Below are positions 9,319 through 18,953 of a stretch of 64,000 nt of DNA, piece by piece. The translations under genes and the position numbers were made by a program. The notes under the pieces were generated by a model that worked only from the letters and a program-made list of their open reading frames with translations, made no database searches and was not told where the DNA came from. The stretch's first letter is position 1. Each line of letters starts with the position of its first letter. The stretch lies in NCBI GenBank assembly GCA_025059805.1, contig JANXDG010000065.1:3234-67233 (forward strand), written 5' to 3'. This DNA is from Endomicrobiia bacterium (GTDB lineage: Bacteria > Elusimicrobiota > Endomicrobiia > DTEH01).

Positions 9319-10453
9319 AACATTCAAGCCACAAACTTTCAATTTTGGAAATAGAAAAATTCTCAATTACAAACATCCTTGCATTATTAGAAAGATAATT
9401 ATTTAGATTTTTGTTATTTAAAAGAAGCAAAACTTTGTTAACAAATTCTTCAGGTGTATCCGCAATAAGTAAATGTTCACCATTTTTAACGTTGAGTCCT
9501 TCACAACTGTGTGACGTAGCAACTATGGGTTTACCACAAGACATAGCTTCCAAAATCTTATTTCTTAAGCCAGACCCCATCCTCAATGGGGATACAAAAA
9601 TTTCTGCTTTGTTTAGATATTCTTTCACATCACTAACTTTTCCTGTTACAATTATGTCTTTAGAATTATTTATTTCAACTATTTCCTTTGTAGGATTCTT
9701 ACCAACAATATAAAACTTAACTTCCGGTTTCATTTTCTTTATAGTAGGGAGTATTTCTTTACAAAAAAACTTAACTGCATCAATGTTAGGATAAAAATTC
9801 ATTATACCTGTAAAAATAAGCGTATTTTTCTCATATTGTTCTGATGGTACAAAATAATTCGTATCTATCCAATTAGGTATAAGAAATATACTTTTATCTT
9901 TTAGATATTTTTTATAAAACTCAACTTGTTGTTGTGTAATTGCAATTAAAAAATTTGCTTTTTTTAGAATATACATTTCACATATTAAATGGCGCAAGTA
10001 TTTTAATAACTCAAAAATTTTTTTGACAAAATTTTTTTCAAAAAGAAATTTTTGGTAGGCGATACTTGAATCTATCCCCCAACTATCAAGTACAGTTGGT
10101 ATTTTCTTATTACCCACATAGTAGAACATCATAAGTTTTTCAACATGAAGAAAATCATATCTTTCTTTTTCAATAATCTTACTAATTTCCTTTTTTGTTA
10201 ACTTATCGCCAGCATAGACAAACAATTTTTGCAATAATTTATTTACTTTAGGTAAAGGGAAAAGAAATACATTATCACATAATGTCATTAAAAACTCTTT
10301 TGCACCAGCAACATCGTCTTCTTCAGTATAAAAACTACAGATATCTATTTTATATTTTTTGTATAATGACTTTATAGTTTGATAAGTTCTGATTCTTGAA
10401 CCATCATCAGGAGGATAAGGTAAAATTGGGGTTAACACTAAAACTTTTTTCAT
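9284..10453 (-). CDS. glycosyltransferase family 4
   Basis: MKKVLVLTPILPYPPDDGSRIR N-terminus and SPLRMGSGLRNKILEAMSCGKPIVATS. Confidence 0.8.
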   Translation of the reverse strand: MKKVLVLTPILPYPPDDGSRIRTYQTIKSLYKKYKIDICSFYTEEDDVAGAKEFLMTLCDNVFLFPLPKVNKLLQKLFVYAGDKLTKKEISKIIEKERYDFLHVEKLMMFYYVGNKKIPTVLDSWGIDSSIAYQKFLFEKNFVKKIFELLKYLRHLICEMYILKKANFLIAITQQQVEFYKKYLKDKSIFLIPNWIDTNYFVPSEQYEKNTLIFTGIMNFYPNIDAVKFFCKEILPTIKKMKPEVKFYIVGKNPTKEIVEINNSKDIIVTGKVSDVKEYLNKAEIFVSPLRMGSGLRNKILEAMSCGKPIVATSHSCEGLNVKNGEHLLIADTPEEFVNKVLLLLNNKNLNNYLSNNARMFVIENFSISKIESLWLECYEQIFNSYNNL

Positions 10454-10455
10454 TT

Positions 10456-11382
10456 TTAATATTTTAAAACAATATTTCTTAAAAAACCTAAAAATTGGTA
10501 AAAGTATCTAATGATCATAAGTTTAGCATAAAATGTATGTTTTTTCCTTCTCAACACTGTATTTTTTATTAATGATAAAGTATAAAAAATAATATTTTTA
10601 AAATAAGTTAACAATAAAAATTCCCATGTTGTATTTTTATTCACTTTCTCATATTTACTCCAATAATAGTATCCCTTCGCTGTCTTATAGAAGTATTTCT
10701 TAGTAATTTTTTCTCTATTAACATAATGAAATACGAAAGCGTCAGGATTATACAAAATATGGAAACCTAATTTTCTTATTCTGTCTTGTAATTCAATTTC
10801 CTCACCACCTAACATTTTTTTGGGTCTTCTTCCTAAATTTGGATCAAACCCTTTAAGTGACATTAAAACACTCTTTCTTACAGAAAAGTTGCAACCTACT
10901 ACATATCTATCTTCCGATAAAATCATCTTTTGGTCACCATAATCTAAACTACCAAAACCAAGCATTAGAGGTCCAGAAAACCATTCTGGCAGTTCCATAT
11001 TTTCTGGTAATTTTACGTAGACTTTACCCCCAACACAGCCAATTATATCTTCAGTATAGCTTTCATAATGACACCTGAGCCACTCTTTAGACACCACTAC
11101 ATCATCGTCTACATATGCTACAATTTCTCCTTCAGCTTCTTTGTATCCTCTATTTCTTGCGTTGGACAAACCAGGAGATACTTCACATATATATCTCATA
11201 TTTGTATCAGGATTTTCTTTAATGATATCTAAAACGACTTCCTTAGTGTTATCAGTAGAACCATTATCTACAACTATTATCTCGTAATCTCTTTTTGGAA
11301 AGGTTTGATCTATCAAAGAATAAAGACAGTTTTTCAACATATTAGCTCTATTATATGTACATATTATAACTGAAATTTTCAT
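10456..11382 (-). CDS. glycosyltransferase family 2
   Basis: ISVIICTYNRANMLKNCLYSLIDQT, IIVVDNGSTDNT and AYVDDDV. Confidence 0.85.
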   Translation of the reverse strand: MKISVIICTYNRANMLKNCLYSLIDQTFPKRDYEIIVVDNGSTDNTKEVVLDIIKENPDTNMRYICEVSPGLSNARNRGYKEAEGEIVAYVDDDVVVSKEWLRCHYESYTEDIIGCVGGKVYVKLPENMELPEWFSGPLMLGFGSLDYGDQKMILSEDRYVVGCNFSVRKSVLMSLKGFDPNLGRRPKKMLGGEEIELQDRIRKLGFHILYNPDAFVFHYVNREKITKKYFYKTAKGYYYWSKYEKVNKNTTWEFLLLTYFKNIIFYTLSLIKNTVLRRKKHTFYAKLMIIRYFYQFLGFLRNIVLKY

Positions 11383-11387
11383 AAAAA

Positions 11388-12845
11388 TTACTTTTTATCT
11401 TTCATTTTAATAAGATAAAACATCCATACTTTCCACTCTGAAATAAATATAAGGAGATAAAAAATCATATAAAATATAAAAACAAGTATAATGTATGGAA
11501 TACTAATCAAAATTTTGTACAGTTTGACAAAGTTTATAAAATAACATCCTATAACACTTACAATTAAATACTTTAAAACCGACACAAACGGAAATTTTAA
11601 TCCAAATCTATAAATTAGATAACCCGTCCCCAAAAAGCATCCTATAACCTGTGAAATAGTATTTCCGAATGACGCTCCTATACTATGAAATTTTGGGATT
11701 AGTAATATATTTAGTAAAATATTTATGAAGGCTACAAAAAAATTTATTTTTACTATGATATCAGGACGTTCTACAGCATGAACATAAGAAGAACCAACGC
11801 TTGCTATCCCACCGATAAGTGCTGAAAAAGAAATTATTCTTAAAACTATACTAGCTTTTATATACTTACTGCCATATAAAACTTCTATTATGCTGTCTGA
11901 ATAGAAAATCAAAAAGATATATGTTGGTATCAACAACAGCGAAAATAATTTTACAAAATTGAAATATGTCTCTCTCAACCTCACATCTTCATTCCTTCCA
12001 TAGAGTGAAGACATAAAAGGTATCAAAACTCTTCCAAAAGGGCTACCTATAATTTTTGACGGTAGATAGGCTAAAGAAAAACCAATAGAGTACAAGGCAA
12101 TTTCTTCAACAGGAGAATATAGTTTTAGAAAAAATACCTCTGAATTTTGCCATATTATAAAGTCTAAGAACAATATGACAGAAACAAATTTATAATACTC
12201 TATTATATTTTTTATTTCTGTTTTTTCTAAATTTTTATCTTCACATACATCAGTTTCGGGCATAAGTAAATTTTTCCACCTGTATTCACCAAATAAATTA
12301 ATAACGATTGATATAATTAAAGTAACTAAGTAAATAGTTATCATCAAGTTTATATTCGGAAATTTGCTTAAAATAAAAAAAACCAAGAAAAGCTGTATCG
12401 CTTGGCTCAAAGTTGAAGATAGCATTAGGACTTTAAAATTTTGAAGGCCTGAAATTATACTTGATAATATGTTATTAAATATGTACATCCCCAAACCAAT
12501 AATTACAACACTTATACCTATTGGCAACTTATTATTAACTAAAACAAAAATAACTAAACTACCGACAATAAATGAGATAACTGTGTACTTTAAAAAATAT
12601 CTTATTAGCCGTATAATCTTATCTTTCTCTTGAGGATAAAATTGAGAAATATATTTAGTTAAAGTCAGAGGTAAACCTAACAAAATAACAGTTGAAGAAA
12701 AAGTTATTAACCATAAGAAAAAACTATAATGTCCCATATTAGCTGGTTTTAAACTTCGTGCTACAGTAATTTGGATAAGAAAGGATAAAAAAAATGAAAT
12801 GATTGTTTGAAAAGTACTATAACCTATATTTTCAATTATCTTCAT
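11388..12845 (-). CDS. wzx: polysaccharide/O-unit flippase (Wzx-like, MOP superfamily)
   Basis: 485 aa, about 12-14 hydrophobic segments throughout, embedded in the glycosyltransferase cluster. No catalytic motif. Called from topology and context. Confidence 0.65.
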   Translation of the reverse strand: MKIIENIGYSTFQTIISFFLSFLIQITVARSLKPANMGHYSFFLWLITFSSTVILLGLPLTLTKYISQFYPQEKDKIIRLIRYFLKYTVISFIVGSLVIFVLVNNKLPIGISVVIIGLGMYIFNNILSSIISGLQNFKVLMLSSTLSQAIQLFLVFFILSKFPNINLMITIYLVTLIISIVINLFGEYRWKNLLMPETDVCEDKNLEKTEIKNIIEYYKFVSVILFLDFIIWQNSEVFFLKLYSPVEEIALYSIGFSLAYLPSKIIGSPFGRVLIPFMSSLYGRNEDVRLRETYFNFVKLFSLLLIPTYIFLIFYSDSIIEVLYGSKYIKASIVLRIISFSALIGGIASVGSSYVHAVERPDIIVKINFFVAFINILLNILLIPKFHSIGASFGNTISQVIGCFLGTGYLIYRFGLKFPFVSVLKYLIVSVIGCYFINFVKLYKILISIPYIILVFIFYMIFYLLIFISEWKVWMFYLIKMKDKK

Positions 12846-14862
12846 TTTTTATTCCACAACATATCGCCATAAAACCAAAATATTTCATGAAAGGAAAAGT
12901 TTCTTCTATGAAATCCAATATTTTGAAAAAACTTATTATGTAAGGTCTTATAAAATCAAACTTGAAGTGATGAAACAAAAAACTTATTATGTGATCATCA
13001 CAAATATTTCTTGCAATATTTCCTACTTCACATTTTTTTACCAATAACCCAGCATTAATAAATTCTTTCTTTAATTGCTTAAGTGAATACGATCTTTCAG
13101 GAACATTACCAATCTTGTCCCAATAGAATCCATATTTTTTTCTTATGTATCTTCTTATAAAAATTGAATGTAAACTATATTTATATGGTACTAAGCAAAT
13201 TACTTTACCACCTAGAACAGTGTTATTCTTCATAATTTTAATTATTTCAACAGAGTTATAAAAATGTTCTATCACTCCACAATTAAAAACTATGTCAAAT
13301 TTTTCTATGAAATTAGTTTTAAAAAGATCCTGTTGAGTTATAACTGTGTTATCTTCCACATTAAAATATTTTGCTAAATTATATGCTTTTCGTATTTCCT
13401 CTTTATCTATATCAACCAATGTAACTTTAGCACCAAGCATAGCTAATAACATAGAAATTATAGGTGTGGAACCAAGATCCAAAATTTTTTTTCCATTTAA
13501 ATCTTCATCTATAATCCTTAATAGCTGTTTTGCAGTTAAGAGATAGAAGTGATAAAGAGCTGGCTGTTGAAGAAGTTTTTGCAACACAAACATTTTCCAA
13601 TTCCATGGAATTTTATATCTTCCAAGGTAATTTGGTAAAGCATAATGAAATTGTAACGATTTTTTCTGATACTGATTTTTAACATGTAAATAAAACTCTG
13701 CTAAATCTTTACTTACTTTTTCAACAGAATATTCTTGTTTTAATTTCTCGTAGGCATTTAAGACAAATTCTTTTTTATTCTCATTATTAGTTAAAATTTC
13801 TATCAAATTTTTTGCCCATATATTTTCATCATAGGGATCAACTAATATTCCTATTTTACCATTTTCTAATATCTCTCTAAATACTGGAATATCAGAACAA
13901 ACTAATGGTGACCGTGATAAAATACCTTCTAAAACCACAAGAGGTAAAACCTCATATAAAGAAGGGACTACACATACATCAACCGTTTTTCTAAATTCAT
14001 TGACCTTTTCTGGTGGTAGCGGACCTAAAAATTTTATGTATTGAGAAACATTTAGTTCGTTTATAAGTGGCAAAATTTTTTTATAATAATGTTTAGTTTT
14101 CCCTCCTACAAATATAAACTCAACATTTTTCACCTTTTCCACTATCTTAGGAATTGCACGAATGATTACATCTGGATTTTTACGTTTTTCTATTCTTCCA
14201 ACAAACAAAACTTTTTTAGTATGAACATCTTTTTTATCTTTCTCTTTGTTTATTTCAGTAGAACCAACCTTAATACAATTTGGAATTACAGCATCTATTT
14301 TAACACCAAACTTAGAATTTACTTCTTGCATATGAGTATAGGTAGGACTAACAACTGCAGTAGCAAATTTTATAGTAGCAAGCTCTAAAATAGTTTCTAA
14401 ATATTGTTTTATTTTCTGAATTATGTTAACTTCATCATACTTAGAGCAAAAATATGTACCACCATTTAATTTACACACAACTGGAATTTTCAAAAAAAGT
14501 TCACAAAAGAGACCTTCGTTGAACCATTCCGCTGTTTCTATAATGTCTATTTTAAAAATCTTATTTAGTCTTTTAACCACTAAATAATTCGTTAATGCGC
14601 ACATCAGTCTTAAATATATCGTCTCCATACCGAGAATAAAAAAAATTCTTCCCAAACCTTTTATCTGTAATTGTTTTGCATAATAAATTATCAAATTATC
14701 GTTTTTCCTCTCTATCCAACTTTTTTTTCTTGGTAAAGAAGTAACAACAAAAACTTTATGACCTAATCTGGAAAGTTCTTCTGAAATATTATGAATATAT
14801 GTTCCTATACCGCCATATCCTATACTTCTATCGTACTCTCTGCATAAGAATACTATGTTCAT
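12832..14862 (-). CDS. fusion protein: GT4 glycosyltransferase + C-terminal class I SAM-dependent methyltransferase
   Basis: 676 aa. The N-terminal ~395 aa are GT4-like (NIVFLCREYDRSIGYGGIGTY; VPSLYEVLPLVVLEG). From about aa 455, KILDLGSTPIISMLLAMLGAKVTLVDID is SAM motif I and DIVFNCGVIEHF is motif II/III. Confidence 0.75.
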   Translation of the reverse strand: MNIVFLCREYDRSIGYGGIGTYIHNISEELSRLGHKVFVVTSLPRKKSWIERKNDNLIIYYAKQLQIKGLGRIFFILGMETIYLRLMCALTNYLVVKRLNKIFKIDIIETAEWFNEGLFCELFLKIPVVCKLNGGTYFCSKYDEVNIIQKIKQYLETILELATIKFATAVVSPTYTHMQEVNSKFGVKIDAVIPNCIKVGSTEINKEKDKKDVHTKKVLFVGRIEKRKNPDVIIRAIPKIVEKVKNVEFIFVGGKTKHYYKKILPLINELNVSQYIKFLGPLPPEKVNEFRKTVDVCVVPSLYEVLPLVVLEGILSRSPLVCSDIPVFREILENGKIGILVDPYDENIWAKNLIEILTNNENKKEFVLNAYEKLKQEYSVEKVSKDLAEFYLHVKNQYQKKSLQFHYALPNYLGRYKIPWNWKMFVLQKLLQQPALYHFYLLTAKQLLRIIDEDLNGKKILDLGSTPIISMLLAMLGAKVTLVDIDKEEIRKAYNLAKYFNVEDNTVITQQDLFKTNFIEKFDIVFNCGVIEHFYNSVEIIKIMKNNTVLGGKVICLVPYKYSLHSIFIRRYIRKKYGFYWDKIGNVPERSYSLKQLKKEFINAGLLVKKCEVGNIARNICDDHIISFLFHHFKFDFIRPYIISFFKILDFIEETFPFMKYFGFMAICCGIKNEDN

Positions 14863-15677
14863 AGTTTACACAATTTAGATTTTAATGCTCTCATTCTTTC
14901 TATCACAAACTTAAGTTGTTCTTTTATTATCCAGCTGTTAGTAAGATCAAAGTATCTCTTAATGAATTTAAAATGTTTTATCCAGAACCTTAAATTATTA
15001 TATAATGTAGAAATTTCGTACACTATAGGATGCAAGTCCCAGTGTCCACCTTTACCAATATCTTCACGTGGTAAATTAAACGCTAAATAACTTTCTATAA
15101 GGCCAATTTTATATCCTGACTTAATTGCACGAAGATAAAAATCGGTTTCTTCCCTGTAAGAATTTAATATGTATTCTGTGTCAAACATCAGTTGTTGATA
15201 AATATTCTTTCTACCTAGTTGTATTGCTTTAAGTTTAAAAAGTTCAGATACGGTCTTTGGTATAATTATTTTATATTCATCAGCAACGTATTTTTTATAA
15301 TCCTCATTTTTATGTAAATATTTAACAGCACACCCGATGATATCCAACTTTTCTTTCTCTATAAAGTTAAAAAGTATATCTATAGTTTTTGGGGTTAGAA
15401 CAACATCATCTTCACCGAAGAATATATAATGTGACATTTTATGTGTATTTATTATTCCGGTATTTCTTGCATATGTCGGTCCTAATTTCTTATAATGTTT
15501 TATATACTTTATTTTTGGATAAACAAAATATATCTTTTCTACCTCTTCCTTTGTGTTATCATTACTTCCATCATCAACTATAATTATCTCATATACAAGA
15601 TCGTGAAAATAAGTAGGTAAAACCTTTGATAAAATATGCCCCCTGTTGTATGTCGGAATTATAACAGAAACATTCAT
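14859..15677 (-). CDS. glycosyltransferase family 2
   Basis: VSVIIPTYNRGHILSKVL, IIVDDGSNDNT and FFGEDDV. Confidence 0.85.
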   Translation of the reverse strand: MNVSVIIPTYNRGHILSKVLPTYFHDLVYEIIIVDDGSNDNTKEEVEKIYFVYPKIKYIKHYKKLGPTYARNTGIINTHKMSHYIFFGEDDVVLTPKTIDILFNFIEKEKLDIIGCAVKYLHKNEDYKKYVADEYKIIIPKTVSELFKLKAIQLGRKNIYQQLMFDTEYILNSYREETDFYLRAIKSGYKIGLIESYLAFNLPREDIGKGGHWDLHPIVYEISTLYNNLRFWIKHFKFIKRYFDLTNSWIIKEQLKFVIERMRALKSKLCKL

Positions 15678-17056
15678 TTATTCATTATTATTTTAGCTAT
15701 GCTAGTTAATCCGCATAGAAACCAAAATGGTTCCATTATACGGATGATAATAAAAGTATTTGCACCGATTGATTGAACAAGTAAAGCAATAAGCGAAGAT
15801 ATAACACATAAAGAGAGTGATTTATATAGATTGTCTATAGTTGTCTTAAACAAATCAAATGATAATTTAAACACTGCAAGTACCATCCATATAAATACTG
15901 TCAATCCTAAAAGTCCAACTTCGCCTATAATTAAAGGTATTTGTGTATCCACAAGACCTACTCCTGTAACACCGTGTCCAAAAATAGGTTTTTTTGGTAA
16001 AAATTCTTCAAACGCTTTTCTCCAGGACTTCACTCGTGCTAAAGCTGATAATTCTTTTACTTTAAACCCCAAAATTACAGCTTCTTCTTCAGAATAAACA
16101 GGTCCTGCAAAAGTTTCTTTTATTCTTTCAACCACGGTATTTGTTGCTTCCGGAAAAACCACCGGAGATAAAGCAAACAGAAGTAAAATCCCTCCTAAAA
16201 GTAAACCTTTCTTTTTCTCTGTTAATAAAATAATCGTAATTACCATAGGAACAAATGCAAAATAACTTGATCTTGATTTAGTGAAAGCAAACGGTATTAA
16301 AGTAAAAATTATCAAAAATAAATATAGAAAGTTTGTAGTTGGTAGTTCAGAGTAACATAGTAAACAAAACAATAAAGATAAAACTATTAGAAGGTAGCCA
16401 CCATAAGTGTTTGCTTCACCTGAACCCACTGGTACACCAGGTGTAACTTCAGCACCTGGTGCATCAAATGGTGCGTAAAGTCGTTCAACTTTACCTATCA
16501 AAGAATATCCATGTAAGTTTACTATTATCGATGTAATTATAAACAAAATTATATATGTTTTTATCTGTTGTCTTGTTTCAACGATTTGTGTTACAAGAAA
16601 ATAAATAATGAAGTATTCTGAATATTTCAGTAAATAAAAGATCGCTTTTCTAAAAACAACATTTCCAGAGAGAATACCGAGAAATGTTGAGATTATAGAT
16701 ATTACAGTATAAAGTAACATAGGTAAAAGTATCAAAGTAATTTTTATTTCTATACTCTTAGTAAAAATAGACCTTGCAAACCAACCAAAAAAAACTGCAA
16801 AAATTAATAAATCGTCAATACGTACAACTACATCTCTTCCTGGAACTTCAGCGAGTTTTATCTCAGGTGAGAGAAGCATTGAAAATACAAGAAATGCAAG
16901 ACCAACCTGTGGCGAAAAAAAAGAAACTAACAGTATAGTAAAAGCAAGAAGTATACCTATAAGCAGTATTGAAGGTCTAATCACTACCATCCTAGATAAG
17001 ATAAAAGCAGAGATAAGTAGAATCAATAGAATTGTCAAATATTGTATTTTTGACAT
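15674..17056 (-). CDS. O-antigen polymerase/ligase family membrane protein (Wzy/WaaL-like)
   Basis: 460 aa with more than 10 hydrophobic helices and one larger loop, positioned between the Wzc-like and GT genes. Called from topology and context only. Confidence 0.6.
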   Translation of the reverse strand: MSKIQYLTILLILLISAFILSRMVVIRPSILLIGILLAFTILLVSFFSPQVGLAFLVFSMLLSPEIKLAEVPGRDVVVRIDDLLIFAVFFGWFARSIFTKSIEIKITLILLPMLLYTVISIISTFLGILSGNVVFRKAIFYLLKYSEYFIIYFLVTQIVETRQQIKTYIILFIITSIIVNLHGYSLIGKVERLYAPFDAPGAEVTPGVPVGSGEANTYGGYLLIVLSLLFCLLCYSELPTTNFLYLFLIIFTLIPFAFTKSRSSYFAFVPMVITIILLTEKKKGLLLGGILLLFALSPVVFPEATNTVVERIKETFAGPVYSEEEAVILGFKVKELSALARVKSWRKAFEEFLPKKPIFGHGVTGVGLVDTQIPLIIGEVGLLGLTVFIWMVLAVFKLSFDLFKTTIDNLYKSLSLCVISSLIALLVQSIGANTFIIIRIMEPFWFLCGLTSIAKIIMNK

Positions 17057-18933
17057 TATTTTTCTTTTGAGTAGTATTTATACGCGTAGTAATACCCGTA
17101 TCTTGGCTCCATTTCTTCCGCACGGATATCATTAAGTACCACACCCACAACATTCGCCTTTATACTTGAAAGCATATCTTTTGCACGTTTTAACGCACCT
17201 CGTGCAATTCTACCAACACGATATACCAAAACAACATACGTTGCATATTTTGATAAAATCAACGCGTCCGCAAAAAGTAAAACAGGTGGAGTATCAAGAA
17301 CTACGAGTTCATATTTTTCTTTTAGTTCAAATAAAGCTTCAACTGTATTTGAAGATGATAAAACGTCAACAGGATTTGGTGGTATATTACCACAACTTAA
17401 AAACGTAAAATTTTCAAGTCCTGGAGTAGCAACAATACGTTCTACATCAAGCCCACCTAACAAAAAATCAGTGGTAGTATGTAAGACTTCATCTAAACTT
17501 TTTCTTCCAGAAACGTAATCCACAAAGCCCGGTACTCTGTTTATGCCAAACCATCTATGTACCGAAGGTCGTCTCAAATCTAATTCTACAAACAAAGTTT
17601 TAACTCCAGCGATAGCTGCTGCTAATGCAAAGTTTACTGAGGTTAATGTCTTCCCTTCAGCGATGCCAGAAGAGGTAAAAAGTACAATACCACGTGTTTC
17701 TACATGTTCTTGTGTAAATTTTATATTTGTCCTTAGTGTATGGTATGATTCCACATACGGCGATTTTACAGAATGATAAATTACAAGTTTATTTTTAATG
17801 TCTTCTATGTTACTCTTGACTACCGGAATCAATACAAACTTCCTTTTTTGTATTTTTTCTTCAATATGTGGTATCACACCTATAACTCGTAGTTCTAGGA
17901 AAGTTTCCACTTCTTCTATCGTAGCTATGGACGTGTCCAAATGTTCAACTATAAATGCAAAAATCAAACCCAGAATAACACCTATAAATGTTCCCAATGT
18001 AAGATTACTTATGTAATTAGGTCTTATAGGTCGTGAAGGTACCGTAGCAGGTGTAACAATAAACGCTGTTTGAACACGGTCAGCTTCTGAGATTTGTGCT
18101 TCTTTGTATCGTTTCGCAAGTAATGTATACAGTTCTTCGTTAAGTTTAACTTCACGTGTTAACCTTGCATATTCAAGTTCTTCCTTAGGTAATTTTGTCA
18201 ATTGTTCTTCAATAAATTTTATCTTCTGATTTAAAGATATAACATCAGGATGTTTCTCAGTATAAGTTTTAAGTAACTCAGCTTTTTTTGTTTGTAAAGA
18301 TAAAAGTTCAACTGCAAGCTGTCCACCAACACCTGTAGTTTTTGTCTTTTCAGTAAATTCCCTTAACTTTTCTTCAGATTCTTTCAATGCTTTCTCTGCA
18401 TCAACAAGCTGTTTTTCTATAAACTCTCTTAATTCTCGGGCACGTTTCGTCCTATCCTCTATACCTTTTTCAATATATACCTCCGCAGTAGCGTTCGCAA
18501 GTTTTGCAGTTTCTTCTTTATTTGAAGAAGTAGCTATTATTCGTACAAGGTTAGAATCAGCAATTCGTTCAGCACGGATCTTACCTTGTATTGAAGAAAC
18601 AATATTCTGTTTTGTAATTTCGTCAGTAAACTCAGAAACAAGTCCGATTTTTTCTGCAGTACGTTCAGCTATTACTGCAGAGTTTATAATTTTAACTTCT
18701 GTATTGACAGCGTTTAACATATCCCAACCAAGCATTTCTGTAGCCACGCCAGGAATTATTAACGAAGGCTCGATCTTCACTACTGCTGTTGCTTGGTAAA
18801 TAGGAGTTTGCAAGTTAGTATAAATCCATGTAAACAAGATAACACTCACTACGGAAGAAAAAATAACAAATTTTCTTCGCTTAATAATTCGCCAATAGTC
18901 GTATAAATTAAGTTCATATTTTATCGTTGGCAT
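17056..18933 (-). CDS. wzc: polysaccharide co-polymerase / BY-type tyrosine autokinase (Wzc-like; Wzz domain fused to kinase domain)
   Basis: Wzz-like N-terminus with TM helix and long coiled-coil. Kinase Walker A TSSGIAEGKT, Walker A' FVELDLRRP and Walker B VVLDTPP. C-terminal Tyr cluster RYGYYYAYKYYSKEK. I place the start at ATG 18933 (MPTIKYE), preceded by GGAGG 8 nt upstream. Confidence 0.88.
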   Translation of the reverse strand: MPTIKYELNLYDYWRIIKRRKFVIFSSVVSVILFTWIYTNLQTPIYQATAVVKIEPSLIIPGVATEMLGWDMLNAVNTEVKIINSAVIAERTAEKIGLVSEFTDEITKQNIVSSIQGKIRAERIADSNLVRIIATSSNKEETAKLANATAEVYIEKGIEDRTKRARELREFIEKQLVDAEKALKESEEKLREFTEKTKTTGVGGQLAVELLSLQTKKAELLKTYTEKHPDVISLNQKIKFIEEQLTKLPKEELEYARLTREVKLNEELYTLLAKRYKEAQISEADRVQTAFIVTPATVPSRPIRPNYISNLTLGTFIGVILGLIFAFIVEHLDTSIATIEEVETFLELRVIGVIPHIEEKIQKRKFVLIPVVKSNIEDIKNKLVIYHSVKSPYVESYHTLRTNIKFTQEHVETRGIVLFTSSGIAEGKTLTSVNFALAAAIAGVKTLFVELDLRRPSVHRWFGINRVPGFVDYVSGRKSLDEVLHTTTDFLLGGLDVERIVATPGLENFTFLSCGNIPPNPVDVLSSSNTVEALFELKEKYELVVLDTPPVLLFADALILSKYATYVVLVYRVGRIARGALKRAKDMLSSIKANVVGVVLNDIRAEEMEPRYGYYYAYKYYSKEK

Positions 18934-18953
18934 AAATTTACCTCCAAAAAATA

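Noticed and set aside
8314-9366. N-terminally extended ORF versions in the track: 8314-9366, 17056-18957, 24063-25589, 27298-28179, 30605-31156, 36716-37705, 41252-41860, 49589-50506, 51862-52404, 55182-56834, 56794-57963 and 60499-61266.
   Set aside because: The extensions overlap upstream genes, or start at TTG/GTG codons printed as M. Internal ATG/GTG starts with GGAG-type RBS, or with ATGA-type coupling, fit better. The trimmed coordinates are given in the features.
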